NCBI GenBank assembly: GCA_964016885.1
Contig: OZ024742.1
Span: forward strand, 370,760,001-370,824,000
Source of the DNA: Eledone cirrhosa
Taxonomy: Eukaryota
DNA length: 64,000 nucleotides
Direction: 5' to 3'
Position numbers and translations under genes: made by a program. Below, in pieces: positions 23,261 to 37,110 of the stretch (positions are counted from its first letter, which is position 1; each line of letters begins with the position of its first letter). A model generated the notes under the pieces. That model saw nothing but the letters and a program-made list of their open reading frames with translations, had not been told where the DNA came from and searched no databases.

Positions 23261-26200
23261 ATTGACAATGTATGGGGATCCTACAGGGTCGTAGAGGTAT
23301 TGACAGTGTCTGGTGATCCTACAGTGTGGTAGGGGCATTGAGAATGTCTGGTGACCTTACAGGGTGCTAGGGGTATTGACAGTGTATGGTGACCTTACAG
23401 GGTGGTAGGGTTATTGACAGTGTATGGAGACCTTACAGGGTGGTAGTGGTATTGACAGTGTCTGGTGACCCTACAGGGTGGTAGGGGCATTGACAGTGTC
23501 TGGTGACCTTACACGGTGGTAGGGTTATTGACAGTGTCTGGTGACCTTACAGGTTGGTAGGGGTATTAACAGTATATGGTGACCTTGCAGGGTGGTAGTT
23601 GTATTGACAGTGTATGGTGACCTTATAGGGTGGTAGGGGTATTGACAGTGTCTGGTGACCTTACAGGGTAGTAGGGGCATTGACAGTGTATGGTGACCCT
23701 ACACGGTTGTAGGGGCATTGAGAGTGTCTGGTGACCTTAACAGGGTGGTACGGGCATTGACAGTGTCTGGTGACCTTACAGGGTGGTAGGGGTATTGACA
23801 GTGTATGGTGACCCTACAGGGTGGTAGGGGTATTGATAGTGTCTGTTGACCCTATAGGGTGGTAGGGGTATTGACAGTGCCTGGTGACCTTACAGGGTGG
23901 TAGGTGTGTTCACAGTGTCTGGTGACCTTAAAGGGTGGTAAGGGTATTGACATGTCTGGTGAACTGATAGGCTGGTAAAGGTATTGACAGTGTATGGTGA
24001 CCCTACAGGGTGGTAGGGGTATTGACAGTGTCTGGTGACCTATTGGGTGGTACGGGTATTGACAGTGTATGCTGACCCTGTAGGGTGGTAGGGGTATTGA
24101 CAATGCATGGTGATACTACAGGGTGGTAGGGGTATTGATAGTGTCTAGTGACCCTACAGGGAGGTAGGGGCATTGAGAGTGCCTGGTGACCTTAACAGGG
24201 TGGTAGGGTTGTTGACACTGTCTGGTGACCTTACAAGGTGGTAGGGGCATTGACAGTGTATGGTGACCCTACAGGGTGGTACGGGCATTGACAGTGTCTG
24301 GTGACTTTACAGGGTGGTAGGGGTATTGACAGTGTCTGGTGACCTTACTGTGTGGTAGGGGTATTGAAAGTGTGTTGTGACCCTACAGGGTGGTAGGGGC
24401 ATTGACAGTGTCTAGTGACCCTACAGGGTGGTAGGGGTATTGACAGTGTCTAGTTACCCTACAGGGTGGTAGGAGTATTGACAGTATATGGTGACCTTAC
24501 AGGGTGGTAGGGGCTTTGACAGTGTCTGGTGACCCTACAGGGTGGTAGTGGTATTGACAGTTGGTGGTGTCCTTACAGGGTGGTGGGGGTATTGACAGTG
24601 TATGGTGACCTTACAGGGTGGTAAGGGTATTGACAGTTTATGGTGACCTTACAGGGTGGTAGGGGCATTGACAGTGTATGGTGACCTTACAGGGTGGTAG
24701 GTGTATTGACAGTATATGGTGACCTTTCAGGGTGGTAGGGGTATTGACAGTGTATGGTGACCCTGTAGTGTGGTAGGGGTATTGACAGTGCATGGTGATC
24801 CTACAGGGTGGTATGGGTATTGATAGTGTCTGGTGACCCTACAGGGTGGTAGGGGCATTGAGAGTGTCTGGTGACCTTAACAGGCTGGTAGGGGTGTTGA
24901 CACTGTCTGGTGACCGTACAGGGTGGTAGGGGTATTGACAGTGTCTGGTGACCTTACAGGGTGGTAGGGGTATTGACAGTGTATGGTGACCTTACAGGGT
25001 GGTAGTGGTATTTACAGTGTCTGGTGAACTTACAGGGTGGTAGGGGCATTAGCAGTGTCTGGTGACTTTACAGGGTGGTAGGGGTATTGACAGTGTCTGG
25101 TGATCCTACAGGGTGGTAGGGGCATTGAGAATGTCTGGTGAACTTACAGGGTGCTAGGGGTATTGACAGTGTATGGTGACCTTACAGGGTGGTAGGGTTA
25201 TTGACAGTGTATGGAGACCTTACAGGGTGGTAGGGGTATTGACAGTGTCTGGTGACCCTACAGGGTGGTAGGGTTATTGGCAGTGTCTGGTGACCTTACA
25301 GGTTGGTAGGGGTTTTGACAGTATATGGTGACCTTACAGGGTGGTAGTTGTATTGACAGTGTATGGTGACCTTATAGGGTGGTAGGGGTATTGACAGTGT
25401 CTGGTGACCTTACAGGGTAGTAGGGGCTTTGACAGTGTATGGTGACGCTACACGGTGGTAGGGGCATTGGGAGTGTCTGGTGACCTTAACAGAGTGGTAC
25501 GTCCATTGACAGTGTCTGGTGACCTTACAGGGTGGTAGGGGTATTGACAGTGTATGGTGACCCTACAGGGTGGTAGGGGTATTGATAGTGTCTAGTGACC
25601 ATAAAGGGTGGTAGGGGTATTGACAGTGTCTAGTGAGCCTACAGGGTGGTAGGGGTATTGACAGTATATGGTGAAATTACAAGGTGGTAGAGGCTTTGAC
25701 AGTGTCTGGTGACCATACAGGGTGGTAGTGGTATTGACAGTGGCTGGTGACCTTACAGGGTGGTGGAGGTATTGACAGTGTATGGTGACCTTACAGGGTG
25801 GTAAGGTTATTGACAGTGTATGGTGATCTTACAGGGTGGTAGGGGCATTGACAGTGTATGGTGATCTTACAGGGTGGTAGGTGTATTGACAGTATATGGT
25901 GACCTTACAGGGTGGTAGGGGTATTGACAGTGTATGGTTACCTTACAGGGTTGTAGGTGTATTGACAGTGTATGGTGACCTTACAGGATGGTAGGGGTAT
26001 TGACAGTGTCTGGTGACCTTACAGTGTGGTAGGGGCATTGACAGTGTATGGTGATCCTACAGGGTGGTAAGGGCATTGAGAGTGTCTGGTGACCTTACAG
26101 GGTGGTAGTGGTAATGACAGTGTATGGTGAACCTACAGGGTGGTAGGGGTATTGACAGTGTCTGGTGACCTTACAGGGTGGTAGGGGTATTGACAGTGTC

Positions 26201-28860
26201 TGGGGACCTTACAGGGTGGTAGGGGTGTTGACAGTGTCTGGGGACCTTACAGGGTGGTAGGGGCATTAACCGTATCTGGTGACCCTACAGGGTGGTAGGG
26301 ACATTGACAGTGTCTGGTGACCTTACAGGGTGGTAGGGGTATTGACAGTGTCTGGTGACCCTACAGGGTGGTAGGGGCATTGACAATGTCTAGTGACCCT
26401 ACAGGGTGGTAGGGTATTGACAGTGTCTAGTGCCCCTACAGGGTGGTATGGTTATTGACAGTGTCTGGTGACCTTACAGGGTGGTAGGGTTATTGACAGT
26501 GTATGGTGACCCTATAGGGTGGTAGGGGTATTGACAGTGTCTGGTGACCCTACAGGGTGGTAGGGGCATTGACAGTGTCTGGTGACCCTATAGGGTGGTA
26601 CGGGTATAGACAGTGTATGGTGACCCTATAGGGTGGTAGGGGTATTGACAATGTATGGGGATCCTACAGGGTCGTAGAGGTATTGACAGTGTCTGGTGAT
26701 CCTACAGTGTGGTAGGGGCATTGAGAATGTCTGGTGACCTTACAGGGTGCTAGGGGTATTGACAGTGTATGGTGACCTTACAGGGTGGTAGGGTTATTGA
26801 CAGTGTATGGAGACCTTACAGGGTGGTAGGGGTATTGACAGTGTCTGGTGACCCTACAGGGTGGTAGGGGCATTGACAGTGTCTGGTGACCTTACAGGGT
26901 GGTAGGGTTATTGACAGTGTCTGGTGACCTTACAGGTTGGTAGGGGTATTAACAGTATATGGTGACCTTACAGGGTGGTAGTTGTATTGACAGTGTATGG
27001 TGACCTTATAGGGTGGTAGGGGTATTGACAGTGTCTGGTGACCTTACAGGGTAGTAGGGGCATTGACAGTGTATGGTGACCCTACAGGGTTGTAGGGGCA
27101 TTGAGAGTGTCTGGTGACCTTAACAGGGTGGTACGGGCATTGACAGTGTCTGGTGACCTTACAGGGTGGTAGGGGTATTGACAGTGTATGGTGACCCTAC
27201 AGGGTGGTAGGGGTATTGATAGTGTCTGTTGACCCTATAGGGTGGTAGGGGTATTGACAGTGCCTGGTGACCTTACAGGGTGGTAGGTGTGTTCACAGTG
27301 TCTGGTGACCTTAAAGGGTGGTAAGGGTATTGACAGTGTCTGGTGAACTGATAGGGTGGTAAAGGTATTGACAGTGTATGGTGACCCTACAGGGTGGTAG
27401 GGGTATTGACAGTGTCTGGTGACCTATTGGGTGGTACGGGTATTGACAGTGTATGCTGACCCTGTAGGGTGGTAGGGGTATTGACAATGCATGGTGATCC
27501 TACAGGGTGGTAGGGGTATTGATAGTGTCTAGTGACCCTACAGGGAGGTAGGGGCATTGAGAGTGCCTGGTGACCTTAACAGGGTGGTAGGGTTGTTGAC
27601 ACTGTCTGGTGACCTTACAAGGTGGTAGGGGCATTGACAGTGTATGGTGACCCTACAGGGTGGTACGGGCATTGACAGTGTCTGGTGACTTTACAGGGTG
27701 GTAGGGGTATTGACAGTGTCTGGTGACCTTACTGTGTGGTAGGGGTATTGAAAGTGTGTTGTGACCCTACAGGGTGGTAGGGGCATTGACAGTGTCTAGT
27801 GACCCTACAGGGTGGTAGGGGTATTGACAGTGTCTAGTTACCCTACAGGGTGGTAGGAGTATTGACAGTATATGGTGACCTTACAGGGTGGTAGGGGCTT
27901 TGACAGTGTCTGGTGACCCTACAGGGTGGTAGTGGTATTGACAGTTGGTGGTGTCCTTACAGGGTGGTGGGGGTATTGACAGTGTATGGTGACCTTACAG
28001 GGTGGTAAGGGTATTGACAGTGTATGGTGACCTTACAGGGTGGTAGGGGCATTGACAGTGTATGGTGACCTTACAGGGTGGTAGGTGTATTGACAGTATA
28101 TGGTGACCTTTCAGGGTGGTAGGGGTATTGACAGTGTATGGTGACCCTGTAGTGTGGTAGGGGTATTGACAGTGCATGGTGATCCTACAGGGTGGTATGG
28201 GTATTGATAGTGTCCGGTGACCCTACAGGGTGGTAGGGGCATTGAGAGTGTCTGGGGACCTTAACAGGCTGGTAGGGGTGTTGACACTGTCTGGTGACCG
28301 TACAGGGTGGTAGGGGTATTGACAGTGTCTGGTGACCTTACAGGGTGGTAGGGGTATTGACAGTGTATGGTGACCTTACAGGGTGGTAGTGGTATTTACA
28401 GTGTCTGGTGAACTTACAGGGTGGTAGGGGCATTAGCAGTGTCTGGTGACTTTACAGGGTGGTAGGGGTATTGACAGTGTCTGGTGATCCTACAGTGTGG
28501 TAGGGGCATTGAGAATGTCTGGTGAACTTACAGGGTGCTAGGGGTATTGACAGTGTATGGTGACCTTACAGGGTGGTAGGGTTATTGACAGTGTATGGAG
28601 ACCTTACAGGGTGGTAGGGGTATTGACAGTGTCTGGTGACCCTACAGGGTGGTAGGGTTATTGGCAGTGTCTGGTGACCTTACAGGTTGGTAGGGGTTTT
28701 GACAGTATATGGTGACCTTACAGGGTGGTAGTTGTAGTGACAGTGTATGGTGACCTTATAGGGTGGTAGGGGTATTGACAGTGTCTGGTGACCTTACAGG
28801 GTGGTAGGGGTATTGACAGTGTATGGTGACCCTACAGGGTGGTAGGGGTATTGATAGTGT
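22205..28860 (+). repeat. Tandem duplication of ~3,383 bp (89 monomers) within domain B
   Basis: aattacaagg at 22292 and 25675 (offset 3383 = 89x38+1); gaactgatag at 23961 and 27345; ttggtggtgtcc at 24561 and 27945 (offset 3384). Confidence 0.9.
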
Positions 28861-31800
28861 CTGTTGACCCTATAGGGTGGTAGGGGTATTGACAGTGCCT
28901 GGTGACCTTACAGGGTGGTAAGGGTATTGACAGTGTCTGGTGAACTGATAGGGTGGTAAAGGTATTGACAGTGTCTGGTGACCTTTCATGGTGGTAGGGG
29001 CATTGCCAGTGTCTGGTGACCCTATAGCCTGGTAGGGGTATTGACAGTGTATGGTGACCTTACAGGGTGGTAGGGGTATTGACAGTGTATGGTGACCCTA
29101 CAGGGTGGTAGGGGTATTGACAGTGTCTGGTGACCTATTGGGTGGTACGTGTATTGACAGTGTATGCTGACCCTGTAGGGTGGTAGGGGTATTGACAATG
29201 CATGGTGATCCTACAGGGTGGTAGGGGTATTGATAGTGTCTGGTGACCCTACAGGGTGGTAGGGGCATTGAGAGTGTCTGGTGACCTTAACAGGCTGGTA
29301 GGGGTGTTGACACTGTCTGGTGACCGTAGAGGGTGGTAGGGGTATTGACAGTGTCTGGTGACCTTACAGGGTGGTAGGGTTATTGACAGTGTATGGGGAC
29401 CTTACAGGGTGGTAGGGGTATTGACTGTGTATGGTGACCTTACAGTGTGGTAGGGGCATTGACAGTGTATGGTGACCTTACAGGGTGGTAGGGGTATTGA
29501 CAGTGTATGATGACCCTACAGGGTGGTACGGGCATTGACAGTGTCTGGTGACCTTACTGTGTGGTAGGGGTATTGAAAGTGTCTGATGAGCCTACAGGGT
29601 GGTAGGGCATTGACAGTGTCTAGTGACCAACAAGGGTGGTAGGGGTATTGACAGTGTCTAGTGAGCCTACATGGTGGTAGAGGTATTGACATTGTATGGT
29701 GACCTTATAGGGTGGTAGGGTTATTGACAGTGTATGGAGACCTTGCAGGGTGGTAAGTGTATTGACAGTGTATGGTGACCTTACAGGGTGGTAGGGTCAT
29801 TGACAGTGTATGATGACCTTACAGGGTGGTAGAGGCTTTGACAGTGTCTGGTGACCATACAGGGTGGTAGGGCTATTGACAGTGGCTGGTGACCTTACAG
29901 GGTGGTGGGGGTATTGACAGTGTATGGTGACCTTACAGGGTGGTAAGTGTATTGACAGTGTATGGTGAACTTACAGGGTGGTAGGGGCATTGACAGTGTA
30001 TGGTGACCTTACAGGGTGGTAGGTGTATTGACAGTGTATGGTGACCTTACAGGGTTGTAGGGGTATTGACAGTGTATGGTGACCTTACAGCATGGTAGGG
30101 GTATTGACAGTGTCTGGTGACCTTACAGTGTGGCAGGGGCATTGACAGCGTATGGTGATCCTACAGGGTGGTACGGGCATTGAGAGTGTCTGGTGACCTT
30201 ACAGGGTGGTAGTGGTAATGACAGTGTATGGTGAACCTACAGGGTGGTAGGGGTATTGACAGTGTCTGGTGACCCTAGGGTGGTAGGGGTATTGACAGTG
30301 TATGGTGACCCTATAGGGTGGTAGAGTAATTGACAGTGTATGGTGACCTTACAGGGTGGTAGGGGTATTGACAGTGTCTGGTGACCTTACAGGGTGGTAG
30401 GGGTATTGACAGTGTCTGGGGACCTTACAGGGTGGTAGGGGCATTAACCGTATCTGGTGAACCTACAGGGTGGTAGGGACATTGACAATGTCTCGTGTCC
30501 TTACAGGGTGCTAGGGGCATTGACAGTGTCTGGTAACCTTACAGGGTGGTAGGGGTATTGACAGCGTCTGGTGACCTTACAGGGTGGTAGGGGCATTAAC
30601 CGTATCCGGTGACCCTACAGGGTGGTAGGGACATTGACAGTGTCTGGTGACCTTACAGGGTGGTAGGGGTATTGACAGTGTCTGGTGACCCTACAGGGTG
30701 GTAGGGGCATTGACAGTGTCTAGTGACCCTACAGGGTGGTAGGGTATTGACAGTGTCTAGTGCCCCTACAGCGTGGTAGGGTTATTGACAGTGTCTGGTG
30801 ATCTTACAGGGTGGTAGGGTTATTGACAGTGTATGGTGACACTATAGGGTGGTAGGGGTATTGACAGTGTCTGGTGACCCTACAGGGTGGTAGGGGCATT
30901 GACAGTGTCTGGTGACCCTATAGGGTGGTACGGGTATAGACAGTGTATGGTGACCCTATAGGGTGGTAGGGGTATTGACAGTGTATGGTGATCCTACAGG
31001 GTCGTAGATGTATTGACAGTGTCTGGTGATCCTACAGGGTTGTAGGGGCATTGAGAATGTCTGGTGACCTTAGAGGGTGCTAGGGGTATTGACATTGTAT
31101 GGTGACCTTATAGGGTGGTAGGGTTATTGACAGTGTATGGAGACCTTACAGGGTGGTAAGTGTATTGACAGTGTATGGTGACCTTACAGTGTGGTAGGGT
31201 CATTGACAGTGTATGGTGATCTTACAGGGTGGTAGGGGTATTGACAGTATATGGTGACCTTACAGGGTGGTAGGGGTATTGACAGTGTATGGTGACCTTA
31301 CAGGGTGCTAGGGGTATTGACAGTGTATGGTGACCTTACAGGGTGGTAGGGTTATTGACAGTGTATGGGGAACTTACAGGGTGGTAAGGGTATTGACAGT
31401 GTATGGTGACCTTACAGTGTGGTAGGGGCATTGACAGTGTATGGTGACCTTACAGGGTGGCAGGGGTATTGACACTATATGGTGACCTTAATTGGTGGTA
31501 GGGGTATTGACAGTGTATGGTGACCTTACATGGTGGTAGGGGTATTGACAGTGTATGGTGACCTTACACGGTGGTAGGTGTATTGACAGTGTCTGGTGAC
31601 CTTACAGGGTGGTACGGGCATTGACAGTGTCTGGTGACCTTACAGGGTGGTAGGGGTATTGACAGTGTCTGGGGACCTTACAGGGTGGTAGGGGTATTGA
31701 CAGTGTCTGGTGACCTTACTGTGTGGTAGGGGTATTGAAAGTGTCTGGTGAACCTACAGGGTGGTAGGGGTATTGACAGTGTATGGTGACCTTACAGGGT

Positions 31801-34800
31801 GGTAGGGCTATTGACAGTGGCTGGTGACCTTACAGGGTGGTAAGGGTATTGACAGTGTACGGTGATCTTACAGGGTGGTAGGGGCATTGACAGTGTATGG
31901 TGACCTTACAGGGTGGTAGGTGTATTGACAGTATATGGTGACCTTACAGGGTGGTAGGTTTATTGACAGTGTCTGGTGACCTTACAGGGTGGTAGGGGTA
32001 TTGACAGTATATGGTGAGCTTACAGGGTGGTAGTTGTATTGACAGTGTATGGTGACCTTATAGGGTGGTAGGGGTATTGACAGTGTCTGGTGACCTTACA
32101 GGGTAGTAGGGGCATTGACAGTGTATGGTGACCCTACACGGTGGTAGGGGCATTGAGAGTGTCTGGTGACCTTAACAGGGTGGTACGGGCATTGTCAGTG
32201 TCTGGTGACCTTACAGGGTGGTAGGGGTATTGACAGTCTATGCTGACCCTACAGGGTGGTAGGGGTATTGATAGTGTCTGTTGACCCTATAGGGTGGTAG
32301 GGGTATTGACAGTGCCTGGTGACCTTACAGGGTGGTAGGTGTGTTCACAGTGTCTGGTGACCTTAAAGGGTGGTAAGGGTATTGACAGTGTTTGGTGAAC
32401 TGATAGGGTGGTAAAGGTATTGAGAGTGTCTGGTGACCTGACAGGGTGGTAGGGGTATTGACAATGTCTGGTGACCCTACATGGTGGTAGGGGCATTGCC
32501 AGTGTCTGGTGACCCTATAGCCTGGTAGGGGTATTGACAGTGTATGGTGACCTTACAGGCTGGTAGGGGTATTGACAGTGTATGGTGACCCTACAGGGTG
32601 GTAGGGGTATTGACATTGCATGGTGATCCTACAGGGTGGTAGGGGTATTGATAGTGTCTAGTGACCCTACAGGGTGGTAGGGGCATTGAGAGTGCCTGGT
32701 GACCTTACAGGGTGGTAGGGGCATTGACAGTGTATGGTGACCCTACAGGGTGGTACGGGCATTGACAGTGTCTGGTGACCTTACAGGGTGGTAGGGGTAT
32801 TGACAGTGTCTGGTGAACTTACTGTGTGGTAGGGGTATTGAAAGAGTGTTGTGACCCTACAGGGTGGTAGGGGCATTGACAGTGTCTAGTGACCCTACAG
32901 GGTGGTAGGGGTATTGACAGTGTCTAGTGACCCTACAGGGTGGTAGGGGTATTGTCAGTATATGGTGACCTTACAGGGTGGTAGGGGCTTTGACAGTGTC
33001 TGGTGACCCTACAGGGTGGTAGTGGTATTGACAGTTGGTGGTGACCTTACAGGGTGGTGGGGGTATTGACAGTGTATGGTGACCTTACAGGGTGGTAAGG
33101 GTATTGACAGTGTATGGTGACCTTACAGGGTGGTAGGGGCATTGACAGTGTATGGTGACCTTACAGGGTGGCAGGTGTATTGACAGTATATGGTGAACTT
33201 ACAGGGTGGTAGGGGTATTGACAGTGTATGGTGACCCTGTAGTGTGGTAGGGGTATTGACAGTGCATGGTGATCCTACAGGGTGGTATGGGTATTGATAG
33301 TGTCTGGTGACCCTACAGGGTGGTAAGGGCATTGAGAGTGTCTGGTGACCTTAACAGGCTGGTAGGGGTGTTGACACTGTCTGGCGACCGTACAGGGTGG
33401 TAGGGGTATTGACAGTGTCTGGTGACCTTACAGGGTGGTAGGGGTATTGACAGTGTATGGTGACCTTACAGGGTGGTAGGGTTATTGACAGTGTATGGGG
33501 ACCTTACAGGGTGGTAAGGGTATTGACAGTGTATGGTGACCTTACAGTGTGGTAGGGGCATTGACAGTGTATGGTGACCTTACAGGGTGGTAGGGGTATT
33601 GACAGTGTATGGTGACCTTACAGGGTGGTAGGTGTATTGACAGTGTCTGGTGACCTTACAGGGTGGTAGGGTCATTGACAGTGTATGATGACCCTACAGG
33701 GTGGTACGGGCATTGACACTGTCTGGTGACCTTACAGGGTGGTAGGGCTATTGACAGTGTCTGGTGACCTTACTGTGTGGTAGGGGTATTGAAAGTGTCT
33801 GGTGACCCTACAGGGTGGTAGGGGCATTGACAGTGTCTAGCGACCAACAAGGGTGGTAGGGGTATTGACAGTGTCTAGTGAGCCTACAGGGTGGTAGGGG
33901 TATTGACAGTATATGGTGACCTTACAGGGTGGTAGAGGCTTTGACAGTGTCTGGTGACAATACAGGGTGGTAGGGCTATTGACAGTGGCTGGTGACCTTA
34001 CAGGGTGGTAGGGGTATTGACAGTGTATGGTGACCTTACAGGGTGGTAAGGGTATTGACAGTGTATGGTGATCTTACAGGGTGGTAGGGGCATTGACAGT
34101 GTATGGTGACCTTACAGGGTGGTAGGTGTATTGACAGTATATGGTGACCTTACAGGGTGGTAGGGGCATTGACAGTGTATGGTGACCTTACAGGGTGGTA
34201 GGGGTATTGACAGTGTATGTTGACCTTACAGGATGGTAGGGGTATTAACAGTGTATGGTGATCCTACAGGGTGGTAGGGGTATTGACAGTGTCTGGTGAC
34301 CTTACAGGGTGGTAGGGGTATTGACAGTGTCTGGGGACCTTACAGGGTGGTAGGGGCATTAACCGTATCTGGTGACCCTACAGGGTGGTAGGGGTATTGA
34401 CAGTGTCTGGTGACCCTACAGGGTGGTAGGGACATTGACAGTGTCTCGTGTCCTTACAGGGTGCTAGGGGCATTGACAGTGTCTGGTGACCTTACAGGGT
34501 GGTAGGGGTATTGACAGTGTCTGGGGACCTTACAGGGTGGTAGGGGCATTAACCGTATCTGGTGACCCTACAGGGTGGTAGGGACATTGACAGTGTCTGG
34601 TGACCTTACAGGGTGGTGGGGGTATTGACCCTGTATGGTGACCTTACAGGGTGGTAAGGGTATTGACAGTGTATGGTGATCTTACAGGGTGGTAGGGGCA
34701 TTGAGAGTGAATGGTGACCTTACAGGGTGGTAGGTGTATTGACAGTATATGGTGACCTTACAGGGTGGTAGGGGTATTGACAGTGTATGGTTACATTACA

Positions 34801-36221
34801 GGGTTGTAGGGGTATTGACAGTGTATGGTGACCTTACAGGATGATAGGTGTATTGACAGTGTCTGGTGACCTTACAGTGTGGCAGGGGCATTGACAGTGT
34901 ATGGTGATCCTACAGGGTGGTACGGGCATTGAGAGTGTCTGGTGACCTTACAGGGTGGTAGTGGTAATGACAGTGTATGGTGAACCTAGAGGTTGGTAGG
35001 GGTATTGACAGTGTCTGGTGACCCTAGGGTGGTAGGGGTATTGACAGTGTATGGTGACCCTATAGGTTGGTAGGGTCATTGACAGTGTATGGTGACCTTA
35101 GAGGGTGGTAGGGGTATTGACAGTGTCTGGTGACCTTACAGGGTGGTAGGGGTATTGACAGTGTCTGGGGACCTTACAGGGTGGTAGGGGCATTAACCGT
35201 ATCTGGTGACCCTACAGGGTGGTAGGGACATTGACAGTGTCTCGTGTCCTTACAGGGTGCTAGGGGCATTGACAGTGTCTGGTGACCTTACAGGGTGGTA
35301 GGGGTATTGACAGTGTCTGGGGACCTTACAGGGTGGTAGGGGCATTAACCGTATCTGGTGACCCTACAGGGTGCTAGGGACATTGACAGTGTCTGGTGAC
35401 CTTACAGGGTGGTAGGGGTATTGACAGTGTCTGCTGACCCTACAGGGTGGTAGGGGCATTGACAGTGTCTAGTGACCCTACAGGGTGGTAGGGTATTGAC
35501 AGTGTCTAGTGCCTCTACAGGGTGGTAGGGTTATTGACAGTGTCTGGTGACCCTACAGGGTGGTAGGGGCATTGACAGTGTCTGGTGACCCTATAGGGTG
35601 GTACGGGTATAGACAGTGTATGGTGACCCTATAGGGTGGTAGGGGTATTGACAGTGTATGGTGATCCTACAGGGTCGTAGAGGTATTGACAGTGTCTGGT
35701 GATCCTACAGGGTGGTAGGGGCATTGAGAATGTCTTGTGACCTTACAGGGTGCTAGGGGTATTGACATTGTATGGTGACCTTATAGGGTGGTAGGATTAT
35801 TGACGGTGTATGGAGACCTTACAGGGTGGTAAGTGTATTGACAGTGTATGGTGACCTTACAGGGTGGTAGGGTCATTGACAGTGTATGGTGACCTTACAG
35901 GGTGGTAGGGGTATTGACAGTATACGGTGACCTTACAGGGTGGTAGGGGTATTGACAGTGTATGGTGACCTTACAGGGTGCTAGGGGTATTGACAGTGTA
36001 TGGTGACCTTACAGGGTGGTAGGGGTATTGACAGTGTCTGTTGACCTTACAGGGTGGTACGGGCATTGACAGTGTCTGGTGACCTTACAGGGTGGTAGGG
36101 TTATTGACAGTGTCTGGTGACCTAACAGGGTGGTAGGGGTATTGACAGTGTCTGGTGACCCTACAGGGTGGTAGGGGCATTGACAGTGTCTAGTGACCCT
36201 ACAGGGTGGTAGGGACATTGA

Positions 36222-37110
36222 CAGTGTTGGTGATCTTACAGTGTGGTAGGGGTATTGACAGTGTCTGGTGACCTTACAAGGAGGTAGGGGTATTGACAGT
36301 GTCTCGTGACCTTACAGGCTGGTAGGGGTATTTACAGTCTATTGTGATCCTACAGGGTAGGAGGGGTATTGAGAGTCTCTGGTGACCCTACATGGTGGTA
36401 GGGGCATTGACAGTGTCTGGTGAACATACAGGGTGGTAGGGGCATTCACAGTGTCTGGTGAACTTACAGGGTGGTAGGGGTATTGACAGTGTCTGGTGAC
36501 CCTACAGGGTGGTAGGGGCATTGACAATGTCTAGTGACCCTACAGGGTGGTAGGGGTATTGACAATGTCTGGTGATCTTACAGGGTGGTAGGGGTATTGA
36601 CAGTGATTGTTGAACTTACAGGGTGGTAGGGGCATTGACAGTGTCTAGTGACCCTACAGGGTGGTAGGGGTATTGACAGTGTCTGGTGAACTTACAGGGT
36701 TGTAGGGGTATTGACAGTGTCTGGTGAACCTACAGGATGGTAGGGGTATTGACAGTGTTGGTGATCTTAGAGTGTGGTAGGGGTATTGACAGTGTCTGGT
36801 GACCTTACAAGGAGGTAGGGGTATTGACAGTGTCTCGTGACCTTACAGGCTGGTAGGGGTATTTACAGTCTATTGTGATCCTACAGGGTGGTAGGGGTAT
36901 TGAGAGTCTCTGGTGACCCTACATGGTGGTAGGGGCATTGACAGTGTCTGGTGAACATACAGGGTGGTAGGGGCATTCACAGTGTCTGGTGAACTTACAG
37001 GGTGGTAGGGGTATTGACAGTGTCTGGTGACCCTACAGGGTGGTAGGGGCATTGACAATGTCTAGTGACCCTACAGGGTGGTAGGGGTATTGACAATGTC
37101 TGGTGACCCT
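36222..37110 (+). repeat. Internal 531-bp (14-monomer) duplication carried in each full domain C HOR copy
   Basis: The cassette ctcgtgaccttacaggctggtaggggtatttacagtctattgtgatcc occurs twice, 531 bp apart, in each copy (ORF pairs 36339/36870, 41308/41839, 44719/45250, 49308/49839). Confidence 0.92.

Larger units (their letters stand above)
11561..36000 (+). repeat. Domain B: mosaic sub-array with its own diagnostic variants and local duplications of variable period
   Basis: Markers seen only here: gaactgatagg (~14540, 15757, 18641, 23961, 27345, 28943, 32397), ccttaattggtgg (~16936, 20507, 21988, 31486), acagttggtggtg (~16351, 19580, 19847, 24557, 27941, 33031) and gcatggtga. Their spacing is irregular, so there is no single HOR period. 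Confidence 0.85.
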
